Shown in pieces: positions 37,794 through 46,999 of a stretch of DNA of 64,000 nucleotides (positions within the stretch are counted from its first letter, which is position 1; every line of letters starts with the position of its first letter). Below the pieces are notes generated by a model. It saw nothing but the letters and a program-made list of their open reading frames with translations. It was not told the DNA's origin and did no database searches. The stretch comes from a virus (lineage: Duplodnaviria; Caudoviricetes): positions 1-64,000 of IMG/VR virus record IMGVR_UViG_2636416124_000002; one strand, 5' to 3'. The position numbers were made by a program, and so were the translations under genes.

Positions 37794-38132
37794 GTGATCG
37801 CCAGCAACCGCACCCGCCGCGCCACACTCCGCGCCCGCCAGCTCGCCAACCGGGCCGCCGCCCGCATCCGCCGCACCGGCACCGGCACCCTCGCCACCCA
37901 CTGTTTGGCCGCTGGCCTCACGCCCCGCGAAGCCCAGTCGGTCGCCGGCTCCCTCCGGAAGAACGCCAAGAAGGCCGGGGTTCTCGGCACGGTCGGCCGC
38001 ACGTTCCGGAAGGGCGCCGCCCGGGTCTGCACCCGCTACACCCGGGCCGCTGTCGCCCTGATCGCCGCGATCTACCGGCCCCGCAAGGCCGCGTACAAGG
38101 TCGCCGCCGCCAAGCTCGCACTCGTCGCCTGA
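37794..38132 (+). CDS. Arg/Lys/Ala-rich basic hypothetical protein
   Basis: GAGGGGG RBS before the GTG; highly basic sequence. Confidence 0.65.
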   Translation: MIASNRTRRATLRARQLANRAAARIRRTGTGTLATHCLAAGLTPREAQSVAGSLRKNAKKAGVLGTVGRTFRKGAARVCTRYTRAAVALIAAIYRPRKAAYKVAAAKLALVA

Positions 38133-38161
38133 CCCTCGCCCCGCCTTCGGAAGGACACCCG

Positions 38162-40308
38162 ATGACCGACACCCCGATGACCCCGGACCGCGAGCAGGAG
38201 ATCCGCACCTTGGACCTCCTGGAGCTGATGTCCGACCGTGCGGCTCCTGTGATCAGCGGCCACCTTGCCGCACTGCTCGGAGAGGTCGACCGGCTGCGTG
38301 CCCGGGTTGCCGAGCTGGACGACGCGAACGCCCAGTTGAACCAGCAGATCGCCGCCCAACGATCCACCGCCAAGCAACTCCTCGGGCGGGTCTCTGAGCT
38401 GACCGCCGCCCCGGTAGACGAGGCGGTCGAGATGGCCGAGGCGGAGGTGGAGCTGGAGGCCATGCGCCGCGAGCACCCCGCCCCGTGCAGGGTCCCCGAC
38501 TCCCCGGACTGCACCTGCCCGTCGACGGAGCGCCTCTTGGCCAGAGACGAGTTGAAGAAGGCGCTCCGTGGACACCTCTTCGGCGGCGGCACCCCGTGAC
38601 CCCGCCGCCCGCCCCGGCCCCGTTGCCGCCGTGGGAGGAAACCCTGGACGAGATCAAAGCCTGGGACCGGTACGTGTTCGACCGGGACTATGACAACAAC
38701 GACGAGGACTGACATGAACGAATACCCGCACCTCCCCGCCGAATGCCGTAACGGTCGCTGCGACCACGAACCCAACCGGTGCGTCCGCTACAGGTCTCGG
38801 CGTTGCCTCTCCGGCGAATGCACCCACGCCCGCCAAGACCTGATCTGCGCCGTGAACTACCCTGCCGGCGGCGATAAGCAGTGACCGCCCCGAACCCGAT
38901 GGGCTGCCGCTGGTGCGGTATCGACCGGCGGGAACACATGCAGCAGTGGAAGCCGCCCGCTGGCTGGCACCAGTGGACCCAGCCCACTCAAGACCAGATC
39001 AAGGACCGGATGCGTGCACGGCGGGTGGCCCGTCCGAAGCGCGTCCGGCACTCCGGGCCCGACACCAAGTTCTGCGTCCTCTGCCTGTCAGGGGAACACC
39101 AGCGCATCGACGAAGAGGAGTAGACCGATGGCCATTAAGAAGCCCCGGAAGCCGTGGCGGGTCATCGTCACCGGGCCGGACGTGAACGCCACCTCCGACC
39201 ACACCAGCGAGGACAACGCCTACACCCTGGTGCGTGCCGCGCTTGGCGGTGACAGCCCCGCTGAGCAGGCCCGCATCGAGTACTGGAAGGACGGCCAGTG
39301 GCGGTGGTTCGAGACCGTCACCGCCGACGAAATCCCCTGACCCACCCGCGAGGAGCAGACCGATGAGCGCACGCGACGACCTGACCACCTACGCCGCAAC
39401 CACCCGCACTATCACCGCTGACAGCATCGCCCCGTACATTGACGCCGTCGAGAAGGCCGCCTACGACCGGGCCATCGAAGCCGTCCGCGCCGAGTACCTG
39501 ACCGACGACACCAGCACCGCCGAAGACGAGGCGTACAACCAGGGAATCAGCGATTCCGTCGTCGCCATCCGAGACCTCAAGGAGTAGACCGATGAGCGAG
39601 CAGGGCACCCACTTCTGGTACATGAGCTTCTTCGCCCACAACTCGATCGGGCTCACCGCACAGGAGCGCAGCGGCCACTGGACCCGCCCCCGGCATGACT
39701 CGCATGGACGCCATGAACGAGCTGCGACGCCAAGTTGACGAAGCCTCGCCGCACCTGACTAACGCCGTGATGCTCAGCTTCGACATCCAGCTCAACCAAC
39801 TGCCCTGACCGTCCCTGGGCTGCCGTGTACGGCACGGCAGCCCACAACCCGAGGAGAACCCCATGCTCGCCGTCTCGGAACGCGTCCCCGGCTACGGACG
39901 TACCCCCGACCAGACCGTCTGGCACAAGCCCGCCGCTGGCCACCGGTGCACCGGGGAGTGCGACTTCCACCCCATCGCATGCAGCGAGGAGGAAGGGATC
40001 GTCTTCCCCGGCCCGAAGCAGGACGTCCCGATCCGACTGGACCAGGAGAACGAGGCGTGGTGCGCCGACTGCCTCAGCCTCCACCGCCAGCAGCAGCGGA
40101 CCACCACCCAGAAGCCCCCGCGATGATCCAGCACGGACAGACCGGCACCCCCGACAGCGACGTCGTCGTCACGAAGAAGGGCCACCCGCTCTACGCGCTC
40201 ACCGTGTCCAGAAACCGCATGGAGCGCTACAAACTCACCGAAGCCGACGTCAGCACCACCCGCGACGGGACGCCCCGCCGCACCGGATACGTCCTGGAGG
40301 ACACATGA
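38162..40308 (+). CDS. Array of small hypothetical genes: 38162-38599, 38596-38712, 38714-38884, 38881-39123, 39128-39340, 39363-39587, 39592-39809 (frameshift near 39688), 39863-40126, 40123-40308
   Basis: RBS motifs and coupled junctions; several products are Cys/His-rich. Confidence 0.65.
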
Positions 40309-40371
40309 GGACCTGCCCGGTGACGCAGAAAGGCCCCGTCCGGTAAGGTCGGGGCCAGGCGGTCATCTTCA

Positions 40372-40495
40372 GGATGGGTCCGGTTCGTCACCGGAACCGC
40401 CACTGTGCGGGAGATCCCGGTTCAAGTCCGGGCCAGTCGACTCAGTCGGCTAGTAGCTCAATGGCCAGAGCGTCCGCTCCTAACGAACCGCATCC
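40372..40495 (+). ncRNA. Circularly permuted tRNA-like RNA (YrlA/Y-RNA architecture, or a permuted tRNA gene)
   Basis: Order is GCGGG / AGAT / T arm CCCGG-TTCAAGT-CCGGG / CCAGTCG / linker ACTCAGT / CGGCTAG / TA / D arm GCTC-AATGGCCA-GAGC / G / TCCGC. The acceptor and anticodon stems pair. The flanks pair as CGGTTCGT:ACGAACCG and GGATG:CATCC. Confidence 0.8.
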
Positions 40496-41351
40496 CGGCC
40501 AGCCTTCAGCTCCATGGGCGTCATGGCCAGGTCGCGGTAGTACGTCATCGCGTGCCCCTGGAGCCGCTGTACCACCCGGTCCTGTTCGGGACCACTCAAT
40601 CCGTGACCGGCGGGCGCCGCGTTGAACCTTCGGCGGCTGACCGCCGTCGAGCTACGGTAGTCGCGAGCGATGGCCTCCGCCCACTGGGCGCGGGTGAGGG
40701 CACGCTGGACTCGCCCGTTGATCTCATGAGCCGACTCCTTCGTCACCGCCAACGTTGCCATGATCTCGGGCCAACCCAGCGTCGGCGGCATGTCGACCTT
40801 CGTGTACGTGAAAGGCCGCCCTGCGAGGCTCTCCCACCGTGTCACCGCTGCGGGCGACAGCCCTTTCCACCGGTCGATCAGCTTCTTGTTGACCTTTCCG
40901 GCTCCGTGCATCATCGCGTTGCGCCACGTCAAGCAGAAGCCCAGTAGCTCGTCTGCGACGGTCTCGGCTTTGCCGAAACGCAACGTCTCATGGAGTGCTG
41001 GCACCGGCCAGCCCCCGGAGCTGACTGCTTCGTGATCAAGGGCGGGAAATGCTGGCACTCAACGATCGTGCCCACACACAGTTCGATGTGCAGTGCCATG
41101 ACTTGAGGGATGGCGAGAACCGCCATGTCGGCCGCCGCCGAGCCGAAGATCTTTGTCGCGTCGGCGACCGTGACGTCGAGTCGCTCCGCCTGCGGCACCG
41201 CGTTCAGTATCGTGCTCGCCCTGATCTCGGGGTCTGGAGCCTGGTCCATATCCTGCTGGATGTGATGCGCCCCTACCGACAGGGCCAGGATGCTGTTGTT
41301 CGAGCGCTTCTGCATGGCCTGCCACGTCCGAAACGCGCTGTACTGGATCAA
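40480..41351 (-). CDS. Lower-GC accessory protein, candidate HEPN RNase (frameshift near 41050-41080)
   Basis: TTG start at 41351. An all-helical-looking sequence carries LTWRNAMMHG (R-x4-H). ORFs 40929-41351 and 40480-41058 overlap in different frames. Confidence 0.5.
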
Positions 41352-41411
41352 GTCGCCCCCTGGTTATCGGTGTTGGTACAGCCTAGTGCGCGTGACTCCG
41401 CGTACCCCCAC

Positions 41412-41448
41412 CCTCGGGCCCGTCCTGAACCATCAGGCGGGCCCGAGG
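41412..41448. terminator. Hairpin
   Basis: CCTCGGGCCCG...CCTGA-ACCA-TCAGG...CGGGCCCGAGG. Confidence 0.5.
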
Positions 41449-41501
41449 CGTTGTGCACAGCAGGTCGGCGGGAACACTCCAGGGAGACCACGGAGGTGAC
41501 C

Positions 41502-41669
41502 ATGCCAGGCCGACGACACACCGGCTTCAAATCCAAAGCACAGTGGAAGATGTTCTTCGCCAACCCCCGGCTCCGCCGCTACGCCCGCCAGAAAGCCCGC
41601 GCCACCAAGGGTGGAAAGATCACCCGCTACCGGCGGCTCCCCGCCCGCAAGGGCACCCGCCGTCGCTAA
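41502..41669 (+). CDS. 55-aa very basic protein
   Basis: GGAGGTGA RBS. MPGRRHTGFKSKAQWKMFFANPRLRRYARQKARATKGGKITRYRRLPARKGTRRR. Confidence 0.65.
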   Translation: MPGRRHTGFKSKAQWKMFFANPRLRRYARQKARATKGGKITRYRRLPARKGTRRR

Positions 41670-43357
41670 GCCGCCAACTCCGGACGCAAGCCCCCGCCCA
41701 CCAGCTCGTCCGGCTCCTCCGACTGGCCCTCATCGAAACCCGGCTCAATCCCGTCGTCCGGCCGTTCCTCGGCCAGCTCTCCGCCACCCGTGCTGAACGG
41801 ATCCCCGGCCGGAACCGCCGCAGCCTTGTCGTCCCGGATCCGCCGCACCTCCGCCAACACCTCCGCGTCCCCCCACGACGGCTCCCGCATCTTCACCTTC
41901 ATGAACGTCGAGATCGCCCCCGCCGACTCCAGCAACGACAACGACCGAGCCGTCGCCTCCGGATCCGGCTGCACCGCCTGCGGCCACGACGCCGTCAGCT
42001 CCGCCGCCGGGTCCACACCCTTCGCCCCGCAATGCGTCACGTCCACCCACATCAGGGTCGTCAGATGCTCCAGCAGCGCCGGACGCTGGTAGAGGATCTT
42101 CAGGCCCCGGGTCGTCAGCGACTCCTCCTTGCGGGCCGCCACCTCCGTGGCAGTCACCGCCACCGAGCCCTCCTCCCCATACGACTGGGCCGAGTAGCCG
42201 GCCGACGCCAGGATCTGACGGCGCAACGCCTTCGCCGTCCGCTCGTGATCCTCCACGCGGATCGCGAACTGCACCTCGGTGATCGAGTCCTTCATCGACT
42301 TGTCGTCGCCCAGGAACCCGGACACCGACACCAGCAGCTCCTTGTCCAGGTCGAACGACGCACCATTCCCCGGCCCGTTGGTGTCGAGCATCTCCTGCGG
42401 CACCACCACCCTGGCCTTCCCCAGGCGCAGGTCACGCATCCACGACGACCACGTCTCGTCCAGGCTGTCCATCATCGGTTCGATGCCCGCGTAGTCGCTG
42501 CGCCCGAGCGGCGCCGTGTCCGGCACCCCGTCCCACACCCGGTTCGGGAGGACGTTCGGCATGTGCGTGATCAGCAGCCGGTCGACCCCCGTCGCCTGCC
42601 GACCCTTGCCGTCGGTCCGGCTCGTCAGGAACTCGGTCTCGTGATGGTCCGCGAACCCCATCTGCATACCCAAAGTGCCGTGGTCACCCTTGTACACCCC
42701 GTACTCGATCAACCCAGGCGTGTGGTACTCCAACAGCCGCCACACACCCCCACCGTCATCCAGCGGCTCCAGCTCCCGCCACACCGTCGCCGCCGCCAAC
42801 ATCCCCCAACGCCACTCCGGCACCACCGCGTTCGCCTGGATCACATCCGACCACGGGCGCGGGCGCAGCGACGTGTCCCACACAGCCCGCAGGTACACGT
42901 TCGACAACCCGGCGGCCAACTCGGCGGCCTCACGCATCTTCGCGTGACCCCGGTCATCCAGGTACCGGCCGATCTGAGCCTGCGTGGTCTCCGCCGTCGC
43001 CTTGTCTGTCGAGTCCACGTCGACCGTCACCGTGGGGACGTCCGACCACAGCAGGTTCGCGGACATCTCCGCAATGTCCCCGCCTATGGGGACGTGGAGT
43101 TTCGCCGCCTGCTGGCCCGGCGACGGCTCCTGGCCCCAGAACATGCGCAGCTCATCACCGCCCACCGCCCGGCGCGCATCCACGTCGAAGAAGGCACGGG
43201 CGATGCCGTTCCGGGTGTAGCTCGCCGGCCCGCCGTACACCTGCGCCAAATGCCCGGGGTCACCGGCGTACCAGGCCCGCCACATGTCCATGTCGGCATG
43301 CGGGATCTCCAACTTCGGCGGGGGCCACGGGGTGTTCCCAGACGGAGGCAGCGGCAT
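41666..43357 (-). CDS. Phage portal protein (A118/SPP1-like)
   Basis: 563 aa, directly downstream of terL. WRAWYAGD, LGRSDYAGIEPMMDSLDETWSSWMRDLRLGKAR, TATEV motifs. Confidence 0.85.
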   Translation of the reverse strand: MPLPPSGNTPWPPPKLEIPHADMDMWRAWYAGDPGHLAQVYGGPASYTRNGIARAFFDVDARRAVGGDELRMFWGQEPSPGQQAAKLHVPIGGDIAEMSANLLWSDVPTVTVDVDSTDKATAETTQAQIGRYLDDRGHAKMREAAELAAGLSNVYLRAVWDTSLRPRPWSDVIQANAVVPEWRWGMLAAATVWRELEPLDDGGGVWRLLEYHTPGLIEYGVYKGDHGTLGMQMGFADHHETEFLTSRTDGKGRQATGVDRLLITHMPNVLPNRVWDGVPDTAPLGRSDYAGIEPMMDSLDETWSSWMRDLRLGKARVVVPQEMLDTNGPGNGASFDLDKELLVSVSGFLGDDKSMKDSITEVQFAIRVEDHERTAKALRRQILASAGYSAQSYGEEGSVAVTATEVAARKEESLTTRGLKILYQRPALLEHLTTLMWVDVTHCGAKGVDPAAELTASWPQAVQPDPEATARSLSLLESAGAISTFMKVKMREPSWGDAEVLAEVRRIRDDKAAAVPAGDPFSTGGGELAEERPDDGIEPGFDEGQSEEPDELVGGGLRPELAA

Positions 43358-43372
43358 GACGAATCCTTTCGA

Positions 43373-44629
43373 TCAGGCGGCCAGGGCGAGCTGGCGCTGC
43401 CACAGAGCACGAGTGGTAAATAGGGCATAGCGGGCCGAGTCAATTCCATGATCGGCAACCTTGATCGGACGGTCCTCGCCCTTCTCAGCCGCCTTGTCAT
43501 CCCAGGCGTAACCAGGCATCTCGCCGATCAAGCCCTTGCACGACGAATGAACGAGGAGCCTCCCCGACGCCAGAAGGCTCGCCATCGTGCGGATGCCGTC
43601 CAGCACGTCGTTCTTCGCAGGCGTCGGCGTCAGCTTGTCCCGGCGCAGCTGCGCGCTGAAGCTCGCCGCGGACGGGTCCACCGTCACGAACTGCGGGCGC
43701 ACCGGACCAATCCCCGGCACGTCACCAAGCCAGCCGCGCATCCGCTCCGAGTACTCGGCATCCGTCAACTGGCGGCGCTGATGGCGCCCGTCGTACCGCC
43801 ACTCCGACGCCACATACAGGCGCCGATCCGTCCCCAACCCCAGCAGCGTCGCGTGGAACGGGTTACTCGTTCCATAGTCAACGCCCACAGAAAGCCACCG
43901 GTGCATCCGCGGCAGAGTGCCGACAACATGACGCTCGTCATCCCACATGTCGAATACGGCCCCCTCGGCCGCGATCCACTTGCCCTCGATGAACCGCTTG
44001 AAGAAGAGCGTTCCCTCCCCATACTCGGCCTTAATCGACTCCGTGTATTCGAGAGTGAGAGACGGGTTGTCGTCGAGCGTGAAGTGCCAATGCCCGATGC
44101 CCAACTCAAGGGCCCTGTCAATGAAGTCCCGCTTCAACCAGTGCGCAGAGCTATCAGGGTTCGTTGTACCGAGCAGACGGGCGCCCGGCACAGAGAGCCG
44201 GCCGAGGAGCTGCTTGAAGAACGCCTCCGGGAGGAGGGTGATCTCGTCCGCTATGGCCAGGCACACGCTGGCCCCACGAAGCCTCCCCTCCGCTCGGGCA
44301 TCCGATGCGCCGATGAGGTGCACGGTCCGACCCAGGATGACCGCAGTGGTTGAGCCTCTGGTGTGGACCACGTGGAGGGACAGCGCCCCAAAAATCGCGG
44401 GGTCCTGCAGTGGCTCAATAAGGTTCCGCTCGATCGTCTGAAGTGATCGGCCAGCAATGATCACAAGGCCCGTAGAGGGAGCTACGGACAAAGCGATCAG
44501 GAAGGCAACCAGGGAGGCGATCGTCTTACCTGAACGAATTGCCCCCGACCAGATCGCAATCCGGTGCCGTGCAGACTGCGCAATAGACCGCAGCTGCTTA
44601 CGCGACATCGGAAGCGACGACAGGTTCAC
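43373..44629 (-). CDS. terL: Terminase large subunit, PBSX type
   Basis: GAIRSGKT, AIADEITL, GTTNPDS, VGVDYG, VDPSAASF, DHGIDSARY. Confidence 0.95.
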   Translation of the reverse strand: MNLSSLPMSRKQLRSIAQSARHRIAIWSGAIRSGKTIASLVAFLIALSVAPSTGLVIIAGRSLQTIERNLIEPLQDPAIFGALSLHVVHTRGSTTAVILGRTVHLIGASDARAEGRLRGASVCLAIADEITLLPEAFFKQLLGRLSVPGARLLGTTNPDSSAHWLKRDFIDRALELGIGHWHFTLDDNPSLTLEYTESIKAEYGEGTLFFKRFIEGKWIAAEGAVFDMWDDERHVVGTLPRMHRWLSVGVDYGTSNPFHATLLGLGTDRRLYVASEWRYDGRHQRRQLTDAEYSERMRGWLGDVPGIGPVRPQFVTVDPSAASFSAQLRRDKLTPTPAKNDVLDGIRTMASLLASGRLLVHSSCKGLIGEMPGYAWDDKAAEKGEDRPIKVADHGIDSARYALFTTRALWQRQLALAA

Positions 44630-45171
44630 TCATCGCCGCTTTCCGGCACGTCATCTTGCGCGGCAAGTTCCGCGATGCCTTGGGCAAGCTTCCCGAGCAT
44701 GGACTTGGCATCGTCTGCACCGCTACTGCCTGTCTCCGTCGGCGCGAGCTTGAGGGACTTGTCGACGGCTATGCCGACGGTGCTCATGAGGGAGCGCTTG
44801 TCGGCGGGCGGTGGTTCGTCGACCAGCTCCTTGGTGAAGACGTTCTGCGCCCCTCCGAAGGCGTACACGAACGTGGGCTCCCAGAGCTTCCTCCGGAGGC
44901 GTTCGGCGTCGCTGGTGAGCTGTTCGGCGAGGATGCTGCGCCGCTCGGCAAGGTCAGCGAGACGGGCGGCGGTTGCGGCCTCGATGCGGGACCGGTCGAA
45001 GGTGAGCTCCAGGTGCTCGGCGGTCCGCGACACCACCGCATTGCAGATCCCCATCTCGCGGCTGATCGCGTTGCGGCCGAGCCCTTGGGCGTGCAGTTCG
45101 CGGAACCGTTCCCACTTCGTCGAGGCCATTACTCCGTGGGGCACGTCGGTCTCCTGCGGGTCGTCAGGCAT
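44626..45171 (-). CDS. terS: Terminase small subunit (N-terminal HTH)
   Basis: FRELHAQGLGRNAISREMGI HTH; coupled to terL. Confidence 0.75.
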   Translation of the reverse strand: MPDDPQETDVPHGVMASTKWERFRELHAQGLGRNAISREMGICNAVVSRTAEHLELTFDRSRIEAATAARLADLAERRSILAEQLTSDAERLRRKLWEPTFVYAFGGAQNVFTKELVDEPPPADKRSLMSTVGIAVDKSLKLAPTETGSSGADDAKSMLGKLAQGIAELAAQDDVPESGDE

Positions 45172-46042
45172 CAGGCCCTCCGTTCGGTTCGTGCGGCCCG
45201 GCGTAGCAGGGCGGGTAGTGGTGTGCCGTCGATGGGCCAGGTGGGGGAGTAGGGGATGGTCCAGCACCGGCAGTGCGGGTGGAGGGGTGGCCCGGTGGGG
45301 CGGTGGCGAAGACGGTGCGCCGCGGGTCGAGGGAGAGTGCGGCGGGGAACCGGCGGCCAGCGACGACGCTGCGCCCGGCGTAGGCAGCACAGGCGGGGCA
45401 TGCCCCGGGTTCGGCCACCCATAGGAGCCGGGTGGTGGGCCCGATCGCGCGGGCGACCGCAGCAGCGGCGTGTGCGGCGGCGCTGGTGACGGCGACGGCA
45501 GCGTGCCGGGCGATGCGAGTGACAGCACGGCGGGCCCGGCTGAACACCCCTGTGACGGCGGAGAAACCGAGGGCGGTGACGCTGGCCGTGGTGAGGAGCG
45601 CCAAGGCCCGCTGGTGCTCGTCCGCGACCGCTGCTGGAACGGCGTCAGCTGCGTTTGCGGCGTTGGGCCCGATGACGGGCTGGACGGGTGGGGCGGGCGT
45701 GCCGCTCATCATGGCGGCGAGCGCGGAGGCTTGACGGGCGCTGGCTTGGGCGGAGTTGAACGCGGCGATGCGGATTGCATCCGCCGCGATCTTCCCCTTG
45801 CCTCGGAACGCGTCGGCGAGGCCCTGCTTGACGGCGGCGATGTACCGGTCGAGTGCTGCTGGTGCGGGCAGCGTCTGCCGGGGGCCGGTGGCCTGGAGCC
45901 ACTGCCGGGTGGCGGTCTGCTGGGCGGTGGCGAGCGCGGTGGCGAGCGGGGCTGCGGCGTCGCGGGCTGCTTGCTGTTCCAGGCGGCGGAGCGCGGCGGG
46001 GTGTTGCCGTGCGATGTCGGCTATGCGGTTGCTGCTGACCAC
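45171..46042 (-). CDS. Minor head/morphogenesis protein (SPP1 gp7 / Mu F-like); frameshift near 45290
   Basis: WVAEPGACPAC and PPLHPHCRC motifs, split across ORFs 45164-46042 and 45171-45422. Confidence 0.75.
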
Positions 46043-46069
46043 CCTTACCCACCCCCTTGATCCTTGGAT

Positions 46070-46110
46070 TCAAAGGATATCTTGCGCTATGACCTTTGAT
46101 TGTGCAGCAT
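46070..46110 (+). promoter_or_regulatory. AT-rich divergent late control region
   Basis: TTGCGC-17-CAGCAT (46082-46110), overlapped by the inverted repeat TCAAAGG/CCTTTGA. Confidence 0.55.
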
Positions 46111-46199
46111 TGTGGTGGGTTCAGGGTTAACATCTGGGCTAACACGCCAGCGGACAAGGCGCCGCTGACCGCGTGTAGGCCGCCCAAGGAGGCACCGAG

Positions 46200-46990
46200 A
46201 TGACGACCCCGCCCCGCAGCACCCGAGGGAACAACGACGGACCCCGGCACCCAGCCGGCCAACCCGCCCAACCCCCGGCCGCACCACCCGCACCGGCCCA
46301 ACCGGAGCCGGCCGCACCCACCACCGCCGAACCGAGCGAACCGAACCAGCCCGAACCGAAGGCCAAGGCGCCCAAGTTCGAAGGCGACTTCGACCCCGCC
46401 CGGTTCGAGAAGCTCGTCGAGAACCTTCGCGGCGACGTCGCAGCCGAGAAGGCCAAGCGCGAAGCCCTGGAACAGAAGGCCAAGGACGACCAGGACGCCC
46501 TCATGAAGCGGGTGGCCGCAGCGTTCGGCCTGGAGACCGACGAGGCCAAGCCGCCCACCCCCGAAGAGCTCGCCAAGCAACTGGACGAGGCCCGCGGAGA
46601 GACCAAGGAGTCCCGCGCGCAGGCCCGCCAGACGCAGGTCGAACTCGCCGTCTACAAGACGGCCGGGAAGCACGGTGGCGACCCCGACGCACTGCTCGAC
46701 TCACGCACCTTCGCCAACGCCATCTCGAAGCTCGACCCGGCCACGGACGACTTCAACGAGCAGGTCGGCAAGGCAGTGAAGACGGCAGTCGACAGCAACC
46801 CGAAGCTCGCGGCCAAGGCGCCGCAGCCGAAGGAGCCGGAGCCCACCCCGCAGGGGGCGCACCGATGGACGGGGCCGGTGGGAGCAAGAAGCAGCTGGGC
46901 GAGGCGGATCTAGCTCGCATGACTCCCAAGCAGATCAACCAGGCCATGGCCGAAGGGCGGTTCGACCGCTACCTGGGCAGGGCCGGATAA
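46200..46990 (+). CDS. Capsid scaffolding protein (frameshift in G run near 46853)
   Basis: Pro-rich N-terminus, coiled coil, GGDPDALLDSRTF; directly precedes the capsid gene. Confidence 0.8.
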
Positions 46991-46999
46991 GGACCCACC

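Noticed and set aside
40478-40484. Reading TC-CTA-AC as an amber-suppressor anticodon loop, or CT-CCT-AA as Arg(CCT)
   Set aside because: The loop is not closed by a following 3' stem strand, position 33 would be C in the first reading, and these bases are better explained by the terminal helix and the stop codon of the opposite gene. No identity can be assigned.
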